Below are positions 1-11,880 of a stretch of 64,000 nucleotides of DNA, in pieces (within the stretch, counting starts at the first letter, position 1; every line of letters starts with the position of its first letter). Position numbers and translations under genes: made by a program. Below the pieces are notes generated by a model. It did no database searches, was not told the origin of the DNA, and saw nothing but the letters and a program-made list of their open reading frames with translations. The stretch is from Octopus sinensis (taxonomy: Eukaryota): positions 1-64,000 of the forward strand of contig NW_021831850.1 in the NCBI RefSeq assembly GCF_006345805.1, given 5' to 3'.

Positions 1-176
1 CTACTACTACTAATAATAATAATATTAAAAATAATAATAGTAATAGTAGTAGTAGTAGTAGTAGTACTATTACTATTACTATTAATATATCAATTAATAT
101 TATTATTACTGTTACTACTACTACTACTACTACTACTACTACGACGACGACGACGATGACTACTACTGCTATCGCG

Positions 177-225
<49 letters not shown>

Positions 226-258
226 TTATTATTATTATCATTCTTCTTCTTATTATTT

Positions 259-288
<30 letters not shown>
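1..288. repeat. Compound trinucleotide microsatellite (CTA/TTA/TAG/TAA)
   Basis: Directly visible runs of cta, tta, tag and taa triplets. Confidence 0.95.
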
Positions 289-289
<1 letters not shown>

Positions 290-829
290 AGAAATATTAA
301 AATTACTAAGTCTCTATAAAAGAGATTATGGCAGCGTTTACTGGAAATTAATTGTTATCGCCATATTAATATGGCATTCTTATAGATATAAGAATTATCG
401 CTGCCATGGTCAGCTCCATGAGGCCACCGCCATCAAGATAGCTATTGATACACGATCTGTATCCATTATAACCTGCGCTGCCATAATCTCTTTTATAGAG
501 ACTTAGTAATTTTAATATTTCTATTATTGAAAACAAGTGGATGTATTCCACTGAAACTAGGTAAATATAAGCCTTCGAACAGAGACGTCAGTGGCGACAC
601 CTGCGGGTCTGACTGCGCTACATTGACAAGGGGCAATACCCCGAAACGCGTCTGTAGCTGTCGGACTGGCAGTGTGAAGCGGCTGACCTCCCTTGTTCGA
701 AGGTTATAATGGATACAGATCGTGTATCAATAGCTATCTTGATGGCGGTGGCCTCATGGAGCTGACCATGGCAGCGATAATTCTTATATCTATAAGAATG
801 CCATATTAATATGGCGAAAACAATTAATT
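289..829. repeat. Nested inverted repeats around the hammerhead (PLE pLTR or retrozyme-like unit)
   Basis: 289-336 is the exact reverse complement of 476-523 (48/48). 346-474 is the reverse complement of 701-829 (129 bp, one mismatch seen). Confidence 0.9.
617..658 (+). ncRNA. Type I hammerhead ribozyme, minimal palindromic stem III, U3-A8 core variant
   Basis: GCTACA (stem I, 617-622) - TTGACAA (core, 623-629) - GGGG CAATA CCCC (stem II) - GAAA - CGCG TC (ACGCGT palindrome; GUC cleavage triplet ending at 652) - TGTAGC (stem I', 653-658). Stem I extends via gtctgac/gtcggac and acacctgc/gcagtgt. Confidence 0.85.
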
Positions 830-1080
830 ATTATTATTATTATTACTATTACAATTACTATTACTAATACTATTACTACTACTACTACTGCTACTACTAT
901 CATTATTATATTATTATTCTTATTATCAATATTTCTATTAATATTAATAATAAAAATATTAATAATAATAATAATAGAAGTAGTAATAGTAGTAGTATTA
1001 GTAATAGTAATAATAGTAGTAGTAGCAGAAGTAGCAGCAATAGTAGTAGTAGTAGTAGTATTAATAGAAGTAGCAGCAGC

Positions 1081-1142
<62 letters not shown>

Positions 1143-1369
1143 AAATAGTAATAATAATAATAATAATAATAATAGTAATAATACGAATAAGAATAATATT
1201 AATAATAAAAGTAGTAGTAGTAGAGGTAGTAGTCATAGTAGTAGTAGTAGTAGTTGTAGTAATAGTAGTAGAAGTAATAGTAATAGTAATAGTAATAATA
1301 ATAATAATAATAAAAATATTAATAATATTAATAATAATAATATGAATAGTAGTAGTAGTAGTAGTAGTA

Positions 1370-1402
<33 letters not shown>

Positions 1403-1483
1403 TTAATAATAATAATAATTATAATAGTAGTATTAGCAGTATTAGTAGTAGTAGTAAAAGTAATAGTAATATTAATAGTATTA

Positions 1484-1522
<39 letters not shown>

Positions 1523-1561
1523 GTAATATTAGTAGTAGTGGTAGTAGTAGTAGTAGTAGTG

Positions 1562-1604
<43 letters not shown>

Positions 1605-1668
1605 AAGAAGTAGTAGTTGTAGTAGCAATAGTAGTAATAATAATATAGTAGTAGTAGTGGTGGTGGTG

Positions 1669-1711
<43 letters not shown>

Positions 1712-1890
1712 AGTAGTAGTAATGATAATGATAATGATAATTATAAAAATAATAATGATAATAATAATAATAATTATTATTATTTTTATTATTATTATTA
1801 TTATCATTCTTATTATTACTACTACTACTACTACTACTGCTACTACTATTATTATTAATATTATTATTACACGACATAAATTATTATTAT
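830..1890. repeat. Compound TAA/TAG/TTA/CTA microsatellite with polarity switches
   Basis: Directly visible; strand polarity changes near 950 and 1770. Confidence 0.95.
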
Positions 1891-2134
1891 TTAGCACGAC
1901 ATAAATAAAGATTAACAGAGAAAATAAAGCAGCAAACATAAACCAGAAACCAAGCAGTCACGCACAATATAATAAAGTAATTAATGAGGACCGCATCACA
2001 TCAAACATCGCAATAACCGTTCTAAATAAACATAGACTCCAACGGCAAATGCTCCAGCGGTGAACAGGTCCTGCGGGTTGTACAAGGAAATTGCTGGGCA
2101 CGAGATACAATCGGAGGTACCCCACTTACATTCT

Positions 2135-2550
2135 CTTTTCTTTTTTACTAGTTTCAGTCAGTGGACTGCGGTCATGCTGGAGCAGTGCCTTGAAGAGTTT
2201 TTACTCGAACCAAACAAGTCGACCCCAGTGTTAATTCTCTTTTTTAAGCCTGGTACTTAATCTGTCGGTCTCTCGTTTTACCGAACTGCTAAGTTACAGA
2301 GACATACACAAACCAACACCGGTTGTCAAGTGGTGGTGGGAGACAAACACATACAAACATATGTGTTTGATGGTCTGTGTGTTTGTGTACGACGAGCTTC
2401 TTTGAGTTTCCGTCTACCAAATCCACTCGCAAGGCTTTGGTCGTCCTCGACTCTGGTAAAACACACTTACCCGACGTTCTATGCAGTTGGACCGAACCCG
2501 AAACCGTGTGGCTGGGAAGCAAGCTTCCTACCATTCAACCACACCTGCGC
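2135..2550 (-). mobile_element. tRNA-derived octopus-type SINE (family A: tRNA-like head, internal microsatellite, conserved tail)
   Basis: Tail motif (gtttcagtca...gcggtcatgctggagca...gtcgacccc) and head motif (gaacccgaaaccgtgtggctgggaagcaagcttcctacca) recur many times in the window. Confidence 0.75.
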
Positions 2551-3199
2551 ATACTAACACAATGGAAAAGAAAGAAATCTTTCGATTAAATATATCAGGA
2601 TAATTTAATTGATTTGATCTGATTGTTTATCGAATTCGTATAAATAAAAGAAAATTTCGACTCTGGTGGGAATTGAACTGGGAATATGTAGCTGCATGAG
2701 ACATTGGGGTGGGGGATAGTGTCCTTGACGGAAGAACATGTAGTGCTCTTTGGAGTGGTTCGTCAGCTTTGGTCCTCACCTGACACCCAACTCCTACATG
2801 TGGCTCTTCGAAACTGTTTGCATGTAACAGCAGCCACACCCGGGCAACAGCTTCCACAGGTCCGCTAAATCATGGCAAGGGCAATCGACAGTTTTCAACC
2901 GTCGGTGAGCTACGGTTTATCTACATACGTATGTGAAGACTGGACCCAGCGGACTCTGCAGAGAAAACCACTGGACTGGTTTAACGGGCAGGAAGGTGGA
3001 CCAACAAGTGCTGTAGAAGGCCAACAGAGAGCACTGAGACACAAAGGACACTGTGGCCATCCACCTCCTATCTTAACCCAAAGAAGACTATTTGACGGGA
3101 AATAACTTTTATCTATCTTTATTAGAGTTACTTCCCTTATGTCATTTATTGCTGTGTTTGAGGTGTCTTTCAAAAGCTGATAAGTTGGCCATAGGATTG

Positions 3200-3740
3200 T
3201 GAGCTGGCAGAAACGTTAGCACGCCGGGCTTAGCAGTAATTCGTCTGCCGTTACGTTCTGAGTTCAAATTCCGCCGAGGTCGACTTTGCCTTTCATCCTT
3301 TCGGGGTCGATTAAATAAATACCAGTTACGCACTGGGGTCAATGTAATCGACTGATCCGTTTGTCTGTCCTTGTTTGTCCTCTCTGTGTTTAGCCCCTTG
3401 TGGGTAGTAAAGAAATAGGTATTTCGTCTGTCTTTACGTTCTGAGTTCAAATTTCGCTGAGGTTAACTTTGCCTTTCATCCTTTCGGGACCGATAAAATA
3501 AGTACAGTTGAACACTGGGGTCGATATAATTGGCTCATCCCCTCCCCCCAAATTGCTACCATTGTGGAAAAATTTGAGGCCATTATTATTATTATTATTA
3601 TTATTAAGAAGGCGGCAAGCAGACAGAATCGTTAGCATTTTGGACGAAATGTTTAGTACCAGTGAAACACTGAGGTCGATGTGATCGACTAGTCCCTTCC
3701 CACCAAATTTCAGGCATCGTGCCTGAAGTAGAAAGGATTA
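3200..3740 (+). mobile_element. Cluster of SINE family B copies (one near complete, two partial)
   Basis: gagctggcagaaacgttagcacgccgggc...gttctgagttcaaattccgccgaggtcgactttgcctttcatcctttcggggtcgat repeated at ~3200, ~3420 and ~3610, and again at 9030-9330. Confidence 0.75.
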
Positions 3741-4784
3741 TTATTATTATTATGGTTGGATTCCCACCTGGGCCGTAGCAAGAAAGTCTACCCGCCACAC
3801 TTCTCGGTTCATCATCACTGCTTCGATGTCTGACACTGGCCACCTAAAGGCCGGCCATTAAGTGGCCGTAAGAGACTGTTAGGAAAAAGAGAGGAAAAAA
3901 GTATAAAGGAGAATGTTTCTGTTAAATCTGAGTGACTTCCATGAATCGGTTGATAATATTTATGGTTGTGAGGTCTTTGGAAATCCTGTTGTGCACTAAA
4001 AATTTGGAGGAGAGGAATGGGCAGAATATTCACATGGGTCAGTTTTGTTTCCTCATAACTTTCAGGAGAACGAGAAATTTTTAATGAAAATTTCGCCAAA
4101 TACCTTTCAGCGTGTGTAGACTATGATAATATCGGAATTTAATGTGAAAATAAAAATGGATGTGATAGGACGCATACATACTGATATTCGTCACATTTTG
4201 AGGGGTGGAGGCAACTATTTCTCGAAAATTCCCACAGTCTTTGACATTTTTGGAAATTTCAAGGTCAATCTAAATAAATGCCACGAGGCTTTTTATGCAA
4301 CCTGGAAAAATTCAGAGAAATTAACAGCAAATAATTTCAGATGGAAAAAGTCATTTTGTATGATGTCACGTACTTCACATTTTTGGGATTCGCTTCAAAA
4401 TATTCAACATAAATTCCAGGAAAGAAAAATGTAATATTTGCCCAAGTAGTCAAACTTTTCTGTGAAAAATAAATCAAAATAATTCTTGTAACTGTTAGAG
4501 CTTAGATATTTCATTTCTATCTGACTTTTAGTCACATCAGAATGCCCATTCTTGGATATTTACACAGAATGGTAAATAAGAAATGAGAGATGTGGAACCC
4601 TAAAACGGGAAGGCTACAAGTGTTTCTAAATAATCTGGCAATGAAGCGGCCAACGAGGGAAGCCGTGACATGCCAGAAATAGCAGTTAAATCTATCTCGG
4701 AAAACGTTACTGTCTTACGCATGAAACAATAAAGACTTCAACGTAGGGGACAGAAATGGTAGCCAAACCTTCCACTAAACATCC

Positions 4785-5075
4785 ATGACTGTCTGTCTGA
4801 CAGTCTATAAGCATGTACTTATGTATGCATGTGAGTATGCGTGTATGTATGTGCCTGTGTTTGTGTGTATGCGTGTATGCATGTTTGTGTGTACGTATGT
4901 GCGTTTGTGCGTGTGTGTTTATGTAGTATGTATGTATACATGTATGTATGTGTGTGTATGTATGTATGTATGTACGTATGTGTGTGTGTATGTATGTGTA
5001 TGTATGTATGTAAGTGTGTATGTGTATGTATGTGTGTGTATGTATGTATGCGTGTTTGTATGCATGCTATATGTG
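4785..5075. repeat. Degenerate (TATG)n/(TG)n microsatellite
   Basis: Directly visible. Confidence 0.9.
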
Positions 5076-5232
5076 GAACCTTCTGTAGTTGTATATGGAC
5101 AAAGGTTAGAAATTGTCACCAAATTCTTGTATCTGGGAAGTACTATGAGCACTTCTGGTCTTGATAATTAAATTCCATATAGAATTAGCAAATCTAGTGA
5201 TGCCTTTGATAGGCTTGACCAGTGTCTCTGGT
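5075..5232 (+). mobile_element. Small degraded LINE RT fragment (RTE-like)
   Basis: Translates as VYGQRLEIVTKFLYLGSTMS...*IPYRISKSSDAFDRL, matching the 'LEVV..F.YLGS...I..RI.KA..AF..L' region of RTE/CR1 RTs. Confidence 0.55.
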
Positions 5233-5825
5233 CCCCGTAACTTAGCGGCTCGGCAAAAGAGACCGATAGAATAAGTACTAGGCTTACAAAGAGTAAGTTC
5301 TGAGGTCGATTTATTCGACTAAAGGCGCTGCTCCAGCATGGCCAGTCAAATGACTGAAACAAGTAAAAGAATATATCTCCATTATAAATTGACAGACATA
5401 TACATACATATATACATACACACATACGTACGTATGCGTGTGTGTTGTATGTATGTCGTATATTCTTTTATTCTTTTACTTGTTTCAGTCATTTGACTGC
5501 GGCCATGCTGGAGCACCGCCTTTAGTGGAGCAAATCGACCCGGGACTTATTCTTTGTAAGCCCAGTACTTATTCTATCGGTCTCTTTTGCCGAACCGCGA
5601 AGTGACGGGGACGTAAACACACCAGCATCGGTTGTCAAGTAATGCACACACACACATATATACGACAGGCTTCTTTCAGTTTCCGTCTACCAAATCCACT
5701 CACAAGGCATTGGTCGGCCCGGGCCTATAGCAGAAGACACTTACCCAAGGTGCCATGCAGTGGGACTGAACCCGGGACCATGTGGTTGGTTAGCAAGCTA
5801 CTTACCACACAGCCACTCCTGCGCC
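5233..5825. mobile_element. Two SINE family A pieces in opposite orientation (tail + at 5233-5371; near-full copy - at 5462-5825)
   Basis: ccccgtaacttagcggctcggcaaaagagaccgatagaataagtact..., then its reverse complement followed by the tRNA-like head. Confidence 0.8.
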
Positions 5826-5919
5826 TATATGTACAGGAAGGTAAGTATACGTATGTTTGTGTGTGTTTAGCAAACAAAATTGTTGATTTCTTACAGATTT
5901 ATATTTGAAAAACTTACCC

Positions 5920-7975
5920 CAAGGAGAAATTACGATATAATATTTTTAACTAAATCTGTATCTTTAATAACACGATAATCATATCAGTAATTTCGTTCAT
6001 AGAAAGTATTTTTACGATATAAAAAGTCAGAAAATATATTATTGACATTTTTGTAAATCAAAAATTAGATTTTTCAATCGTTTCTCAAGAATTTTTTCTC
6101 TTTTTTCTTTTTGCTTCATCACTAAATAAATTTTTTTAAGGAAAGAACATCAAAGCAAACGTTCTAAACTCATTTAAAATGTCAACAAACATCAAAGATC
6201 AATTAATGTAATATAGTAGAATATTTTTCGATAAATTTAATAAATTAATTTACCTTGAAAGCCGAGTTTAGAAGGAGAATTGTGTGAGAAACGGCTGAAG
6301 CTGAGCGAAACTAGAGGAACCGATTCAATGGTCGTCTGCTGCTTGCAAAAGTTATCGTCTGCTCAGAAGGAAAAGACCGGCTCATTCCGGATAGTTTCGG
6401 TTCAACCAGTGTGTGTGCGTGTGAGTGTGTGTGCGTGTGTGTGTGTGTGTGTGTGCACGCGTGTGTGCATGTGTGAGCGCGTGCGTGCATGCATGTGCGT
6501 ATGAGAGAGAGAGAGAGTAAATATGTGTGCGCGCGTGCGTGTATGTGTGAGCGCGTGCGTACGTGTGAAAGAGTGTGCGCGCGTGCCTATATGTGTGAGC
6601 GCGTGCGTGCGTGTGTGAGAGAGAGAGTGTGTGTGTGTGCGTGAGTGTGCGCGCGTGTGTGTCATGGAGCACAGAGACGTATGAAACAAAGTAGGAGGAA
6701 ATGAGATGGTAAGAAAAGAACCGAGCCAATGGCCGTCTGTCTCCTGAGAAGGATATTATTTGTTTCGAAAGGGAAAACCGGGAAAGGTCCGGTTGTTTCT
6801 GGAAAGTTTTGATTTAACCATTGTATGTTTAATTCAGTGCGTATGTAACTGTGTCTATGTGTACGAGCGCGACGAGGCTACCTATCCGTCCATTGTAAAT
6901 AAATATAAGGCACAAAAAGAAAATGACTCCCCAGACACAACTAAATAAATGAAATCCTCTCAAAATTCAAAGGGTTGTGGGGTTTCAGAGAAGGGACCTC
7001 CAAATACTTACGGCTCTTCTTTTGACACTCCTGTCCCAGAGCCGATGCCCATTCACCAGAGCCGATGCCTTTTAGGCCCGGACAAAAAATGGTGAAAATA
7101 AAGTATCTACAAAATGACTGAAGTCAAAATATTAGACGACGACTTTTCATGTTAAACCTATGAAAGAAATCAAGAGTGAAATCAGAAAATCTGAGAACAG
7201 TGAATATATAAAAACTGTTTGTGGTCAGGTTTTCCTTTCCCACACACACATTTAGCTTCTTGTGTGCACAGGGACACTACATTTTTCCATATCTGTTAGC
7301 AATGCTTCCTTATTACAGTGTCTCTACCTTTCTATCTATCTTCCATTTTGTTTCCCTTCTACGTCTCAGCGCCATCACTCACATACACACATACATACTC
7401 ACACACACATAATGCATAAATATACACACTCACTCACGCATACATAGTCACACATATACACACATACATACTCACACATGCACACATACGTACTCACACA
7501 TACATACATATAAATACACACACATACATACTCACTCACACATACACACAGTGGTTGAACCGAAATTATCCGGAAACAGCCGAACTTTGCCCCTTTTTTC
7601 CCAAGAAGCAGACGACCGCTGAATCTGTTCTTCCAGTTTCGTTGAATTTCTGCTGCCAATTTTTAATTCTAAACTCGGCTTTCAAGGTAAACTAATTTAT
7701 TAAATTCATTGAAAATTATTCTACAATATTACATTAATTTCTCTTTGATATTTGTTGACATTTTAAATGATTTAGCAAGTTTCGTCTTCTCTTCTTCTTT
7801 CCTTAAAAATTTACTTTAAAAAGTGACTGAAAAATTAATTTTTCAAACAAAACTATCAAAGTTACAAAATAACTTCTTATATCGTATCATTATATGAATG
7901 AAATTACTTATATATATCGATCATAGTGTAAAAAAACAAATTTAATTTTAAAATATTGTTTTGTAATTTCTTTAA
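5920..7975. mobile_element. Foldback/long-TIR non-autonomous element (diverged inverted arms)
   Basis: 6161-6273 is the reverse complement of 7667-7775 (roughly 85% by eye); 6387-6416 pairs with 7545-7573. Outer arms (5920-6100 vs 7820-7975) are weakly similar. TG-rich (6410-6660) and CA-rich (7380-7550) tracts mirror each other. Confidence 0.6.
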
Positions 7976-7979
7976 AAGT

Positions 7980-8712
7980 TAGTTAGTTAGTTAGTTATTT
8001 AGTTAGTTAATTTGGCTCAAAAGCAAATAGCAAGGCCATGTAGGGGGACATGGAGTTAAGTACAGGGTGGTGTTCATGTAAAGAGTTCAGGCCACTTGAG
8101 GTCCAGGGAGGCTTTGAACAAAGCGGTCGTCGGCATCTTCACCATCTCGTCTGGCAGCTTGTTCCACGGATCCGCAACCCGGACGGAGAAAGCTCCTCTC
8201 CTTCGATTGAGATGAAATCGTCGCAGGTAGAGCTTTTCGGAATGACCCCGCAGCCGACGCTCTGGAGCAGGAGTGAAGAACAGCTCTTTCGAGAGGTTAC
8301 ACTTTCCGCTTATGATGTTGTGGGCGAGAATGAGATCACCACGGCGGCGGCGTTTTTCTAGAGAATAAAGGTCGAGCGTCCTCAGCCTTTCTTCGTAGGA
8401 CAAATTTTTGAGACCATGAACCATGCGGGTAGCCAGCCTCTGGACTCTTTCGAGATGCTGTATGTCTTTGAGGAGATAAGGAGAAGAGGCTTGAATCCCA
8501 TACTCCAATATGGGTCTCACCAGCGTGACATAGAGTGGTAGGAATATGGCTGCTGTGAGCATTCCGAATGACCGTCGAATCAAAAACAGAATTCCGCGCG
8601 CTTTGTTGGCAGCATGGACGCACTGGGCCGAAGGCGAAAAGGAGGAATCCACCAAGATACCCAGGTCCTTTACCTGATCGGTCCTCTCCAGCAGCAGACG
8701 ACCCGGAAGATT
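7980..8712 (-). mobile_element. 5'-truncated CR1-clade LINE 3' end with (TAAC)n tail
   Basis: Frame 8074-8712 reads ..VKDLGILVDSSFSPSAQC..AANKARGIL..IRRSF..LY.TLVRPILEY....SPY..KDI..LERVQR.ATRMV..L..LSYEERL..L.LYSLE.RR.RGDLI..RGHS.KL..F...FSVRV...WN.LP, the typical CR1 C-terminus. (ttag)n tail at 7980-8008 on the plus strand. Confidence 0.9.
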
Positions 8713-9029
8713 TTTACTTTCATCTCATTTCAAGATATAAAAGCTCCAAAACGAACAAAGATACACATTTTAGTCTGCTCTTCTATTTGTCCATGTCTGT
8801 TTATCCATCCAGTCCTCTCTTTTCCTCTATATCTACTTCTATACATTTATTTATCGACCTGTGTATCCCTTTACTTACAAATCGATTGATTGATGGAGAC
8901 AGAGAGTGAGAAAGTAGATAGAGACAAATAGACAGGCGAACCGGTTAGCAAAAGGGAATATCAGATGTGCCCAGTGGTTCTTGTGAGAAATGGCTAATGC
9001 AACGAGTGAAAGTCTGACGTTGTTATCAT

Positions 9030-9330
9030 AATTATCAAAAAGTAAAAACCAGTCAAGTGCTGAAGGTCGATATAATCGACTTGCCCCTCCCTTCAAAAAA
9101 CTGCTGGTCCTCTGCCAAAATCTGAAACCATTATATTTGTTATTAGAATCGTTAGCACACCAGACAAAAATGCTTCGTGGCATTTCGTCCGTCTTTATGT
9201 TCTGAGTTCAAATTCCGCCGAGATTGACTTTGCCTTTCATCCTTTTGGGAACGATAAAATAAGTGCCAGTGATAAACTGGGGTCGATGTAATCGACTAGC
9301 CCCTCCTCCCCTAAAATGTCAAACCGTATG
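9030..9330 (+). mobile_element. SINE family B fragments
   Basis: Same motifs as 3200-3740 (gttctgagttcaaattccgccgag...gcctttcatcc...ggggtcgatgtaatcgact). Confidence 0.7.
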
Positions 9331-9470
9331 CCTACAGTCGAAAGTATTATTTTGCAGAATCCTAATCTATGAAGCTAAAAACAGAGATTTGAAGAAACAA
9401 TGGGTTTTAGTGCTACGCGAAAATAATGGCCGCTCTAAGTGTTGTGTTTTCAAACACAATTTCATCCTAA

Positions 9471-9775
9471 GAACTAGAAGTATCGCTCGGCGTTGCTCGG
9501 GTTTGTTTTGACCCTTTAGAATTGGAATTTTTGAAAAGTAAAAACTTTGCATTATGTAGCTTGTTATTCTCTTTAAGTGAATATTTTTCTGGTTGAAATA
9601 TACCAAAAAATGGCGACACAGCAGTCAAAAAATCGTAAAAGATAGGGATTTTCATAGAAAAAAAGCACCTTTTTGATGTAAATAATTTTTGGTGTTAACA
9701 TGGTCCGATTTGAATTTTTCTTCTACGGAAGGAAGAGCAAGCCTTCTTCTATCATACAAATATATTTGTTAGTGT
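9471..9775 (+). mobile_element. Non-autonomous Helitron/Helentron-like fragment
   Basis: Starts aactagaagtatcgctcggcgttgctcgggtttg, resembling the ACTAG...CCCGGCGTTGCCCGG start of invertebrate Helentron-associated elements (recalled, not searched). Confidence 0.45.
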
Positions 9776-10487
9776 TAACACCATTGTAGGATAGAAAAAG
9801 AATATGTTTTAATTGATTATAGGTCCTAGATTAGCATTTAAGATGTTTTGGAAAGAAATTTTTGTCTGTATGAAAAATAACTTGTATTTCTTGTACAAAA
9901 AGTACTGTAGAATCAATCAGCTGAGTAGAGAAATGGCAGTTTATTAGCTGATAGTTTTATTTTTTTATTTTTACATTCTACTTTTTAAAAAACAAAAAGA
10001 CATCAAAGTCCAATACTTGGGTTTCTGTCGGATTCAAATTTACAAAAGTGTAGACATTGATGACGGGGCTGAAAATAGCAAATTTCAATTAATATGTCTG
10101 TGTAAATTTGGTATTGATTTGTGTATGTATGTATGTATGTGTGTGTGTGTGTGTGTGTGTGCATACATATAGTTTCCATATAAAAACATACACCTATATG
10201 CAGAAATATACAATCTTACATTTATAATGTTAAATAATGTCTGTGTGCGTGTGTGTGTGTGTGTATAATGTATGTATATACATTCAAATTCACATTTAAA
10301 AAAACACCTACATATACAATATAATCTAATGAATCTAAATCTGGATTGTTTAAAATCTTTAATAGTGTTTTGAAAATAAGTTTTAGATTCATTATCTGAA
10401 TGATATGCAGATGGCTGTAACCAGAATCTTCTGAGCACATCTGTATTATAAAGATGAATGTTAACCAGTGATTATGATGTGAATGGT

Positions 10488-10661
10488 TCAAGAAATAGTG
10501 ATGACTACTTTGTTGGGCCGTTTCAGCTGGCTTTCTCGTACCAATGCTGCTAACATGCTGTTTTCATTCATTAATAATTCAGAAGCTTTATCAAATTCCA
10601 CAATTCTACCTTGATCTAATACCATAACACGGTCATAATCATTTAGATGAGTCAGATGATG
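10488..10661 (-). CDS. ABCC8/9-like: ABCC/SUR-like transporter, last coding exon (H-loop, C-terminus)
   Basis: ctttccag|CAT CAT CTG; HHLTHLNDYDRVMVLDQGRIVEFDKASELLMNENSMLAALVRESQLKRPNKVVITIS*; 174 bp, phase 0. Confidence 0.9.
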   Translation of the reverse strand, partial: HHLTHLNDYDRVMVLDQGRIVEFDKASELLMNENSMLAALVRESQLKRPNKVVITIS

Positions 10662-10999
10662 CTGGAAAGTAAAGAAAACATCACATATAATGACAGAATT
10701 AAGAATCAAAAGGCATCTCCAATACCATAATACACCACACACACTTAGTGTTCCCACAATGCAATACTACACATCACCTTACGCAATATAACTCTATCCA
10801 CAATGTTGCCACAACATGTGTGCGTGCACACATATCACCTTTTATAATATATCTTAAAGGACCAAGATGCTTGACACCTCACTGTACTCAAGAGGGCCCA
10901 TACCCCACAGCAGAAGCAATAAGGCTGCTCCCTCTGGTTAAGATGATTTACCTGCAAGAGTCTTGTGCAGTACCACATAAAAACACCCAGCATATTCTG

Positions 11000-11150
11000 T
11001 AAAGTGGTTGGTGTTAGGAAGGTCATCCAGCTGTAGAAACCATAGCAAGTCAGACTGCAGTCTGGTGCAGTTCTCCAACTTGCCAGCTCTGGTCAAACCA
11101 TCCAATTCATGCCAGCAGGGAAAACAGACGTTAAATAACAATGATGATCT
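11000..11150 (+). mobile_element. RTE-type 3' tail fragment
   Basis: gtggttggtgttaggaaggtcatccagctgtagaaac...gacgttaaa...tgatgat is a diverged reverse complement of the RTE 3' end at 19020-19170. Confidence 0.7.
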
Positions 11151-11569
11151 TAACCCTACATAATACCCAGATTATTTGAAATTATCACGCTGTCCCTAAA
11201 CTTTGTGTCCCACCAGTAAATGATGGTCTCAGGTTAATGTTTCCATCTGTGAATCATTCCTTACCATTTTAGGAGCAACCTTCAGTTCTAAAGAGCTGCC
11301 TACACACAATTGAGTCTTTCAACTTGGAAGACAACATGGCTTCTGTTTGTTAACACTTAAGAATGAACAAGCTAATTTATCAACCAGGTACAGGAATTAC
11401 TATAATTAATGGGAGTGTGGAGAAGCAAAGGATAATTTAAGAATTGAATTAGAATTTAGTAACAATTGGTTAGTAAGAGGACTTAGTCTAAAATTCATTT
11501 GAAGGAGGAGAGATATAGTAAAATGTTTTTTTTATGAAGGAATAACATTTTTTCAAATCAATAGTGGAG

Positions 11570-11775
11570 GCATATGACTTAGTGGTTAGGGTGTTCGACT
11601 TATGATCTTGAGATTGTGGTTTCAGTTCCTGGTTTGGGGAACGTGTTGAGTTCTTGAACAAAGCACTTCACTTCACATTGCACTATTCCACTCAGCTAGA
11701 GAACGAGTAACCCTGCAATGGATTGGCATCCCATCCAGGGAGGAATGCATATGCCACAGAAACTGGGGAATCTGG
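11570..11775 (+). mobile_element. Old tRNA-headed SINE
   Basis: tagtggttagggtgttcgac...ggtttcagttcctgg (A/B-box-like head) followed by ttcttgaacaaagcacttcac...ccactcagct. Confidence 0.55.
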
Positions 11776-11795
11776 CCTCTTTAAAGAGTATTGTG

Positions 11796-11880
11796 GACTC
11801 ATCAATAAGGGATTGGATTCACAAATAAGGGGTTGGACTCACCAGTAAGGGGTTAGACGCACCAGTAGGGGGTTTGACTA
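11796..11880. repeat. Short ~20-bp minisatellite, about 4 copies
   Basis: ggactcatcaataagggatt / ggattcacaaataaggggtt / ggactcaccagtaaggggtt / agacgcaccagtagggggtt. Confidence 0.8.

Noticed and set aside
156-1939. Poly-Thr/Ile/Val/Asn/Ser ORFs
   Set aside because: Reading frames of trinucleotide microsatellites; stops fall in only one frame, so the others stay open trivially.
2121-2136. Strong minus-strand splice donor (GAGAAT|GTAAGT)
   Set aside because: It lies at the end of a SINE tail with no supportable upstream exon.
2450-2550. tRNA-like sequences (also ~5750-5820, 11575-11640, 15830-15890, 18856-18910)
   Set aside because: These are SINE heads: only degenerate A/B-box similarity, no complete cloverleaf, and they continue into SINE bodies.
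4030-4520. MITE-like AT-rich segment and its 103-aa ORF (4123-4434)
   Set aside because: It has a repeat-like look (cataactttc, taactgttagagct), but I could not identify terminal inverted repeats, TSDs or protein motifs.
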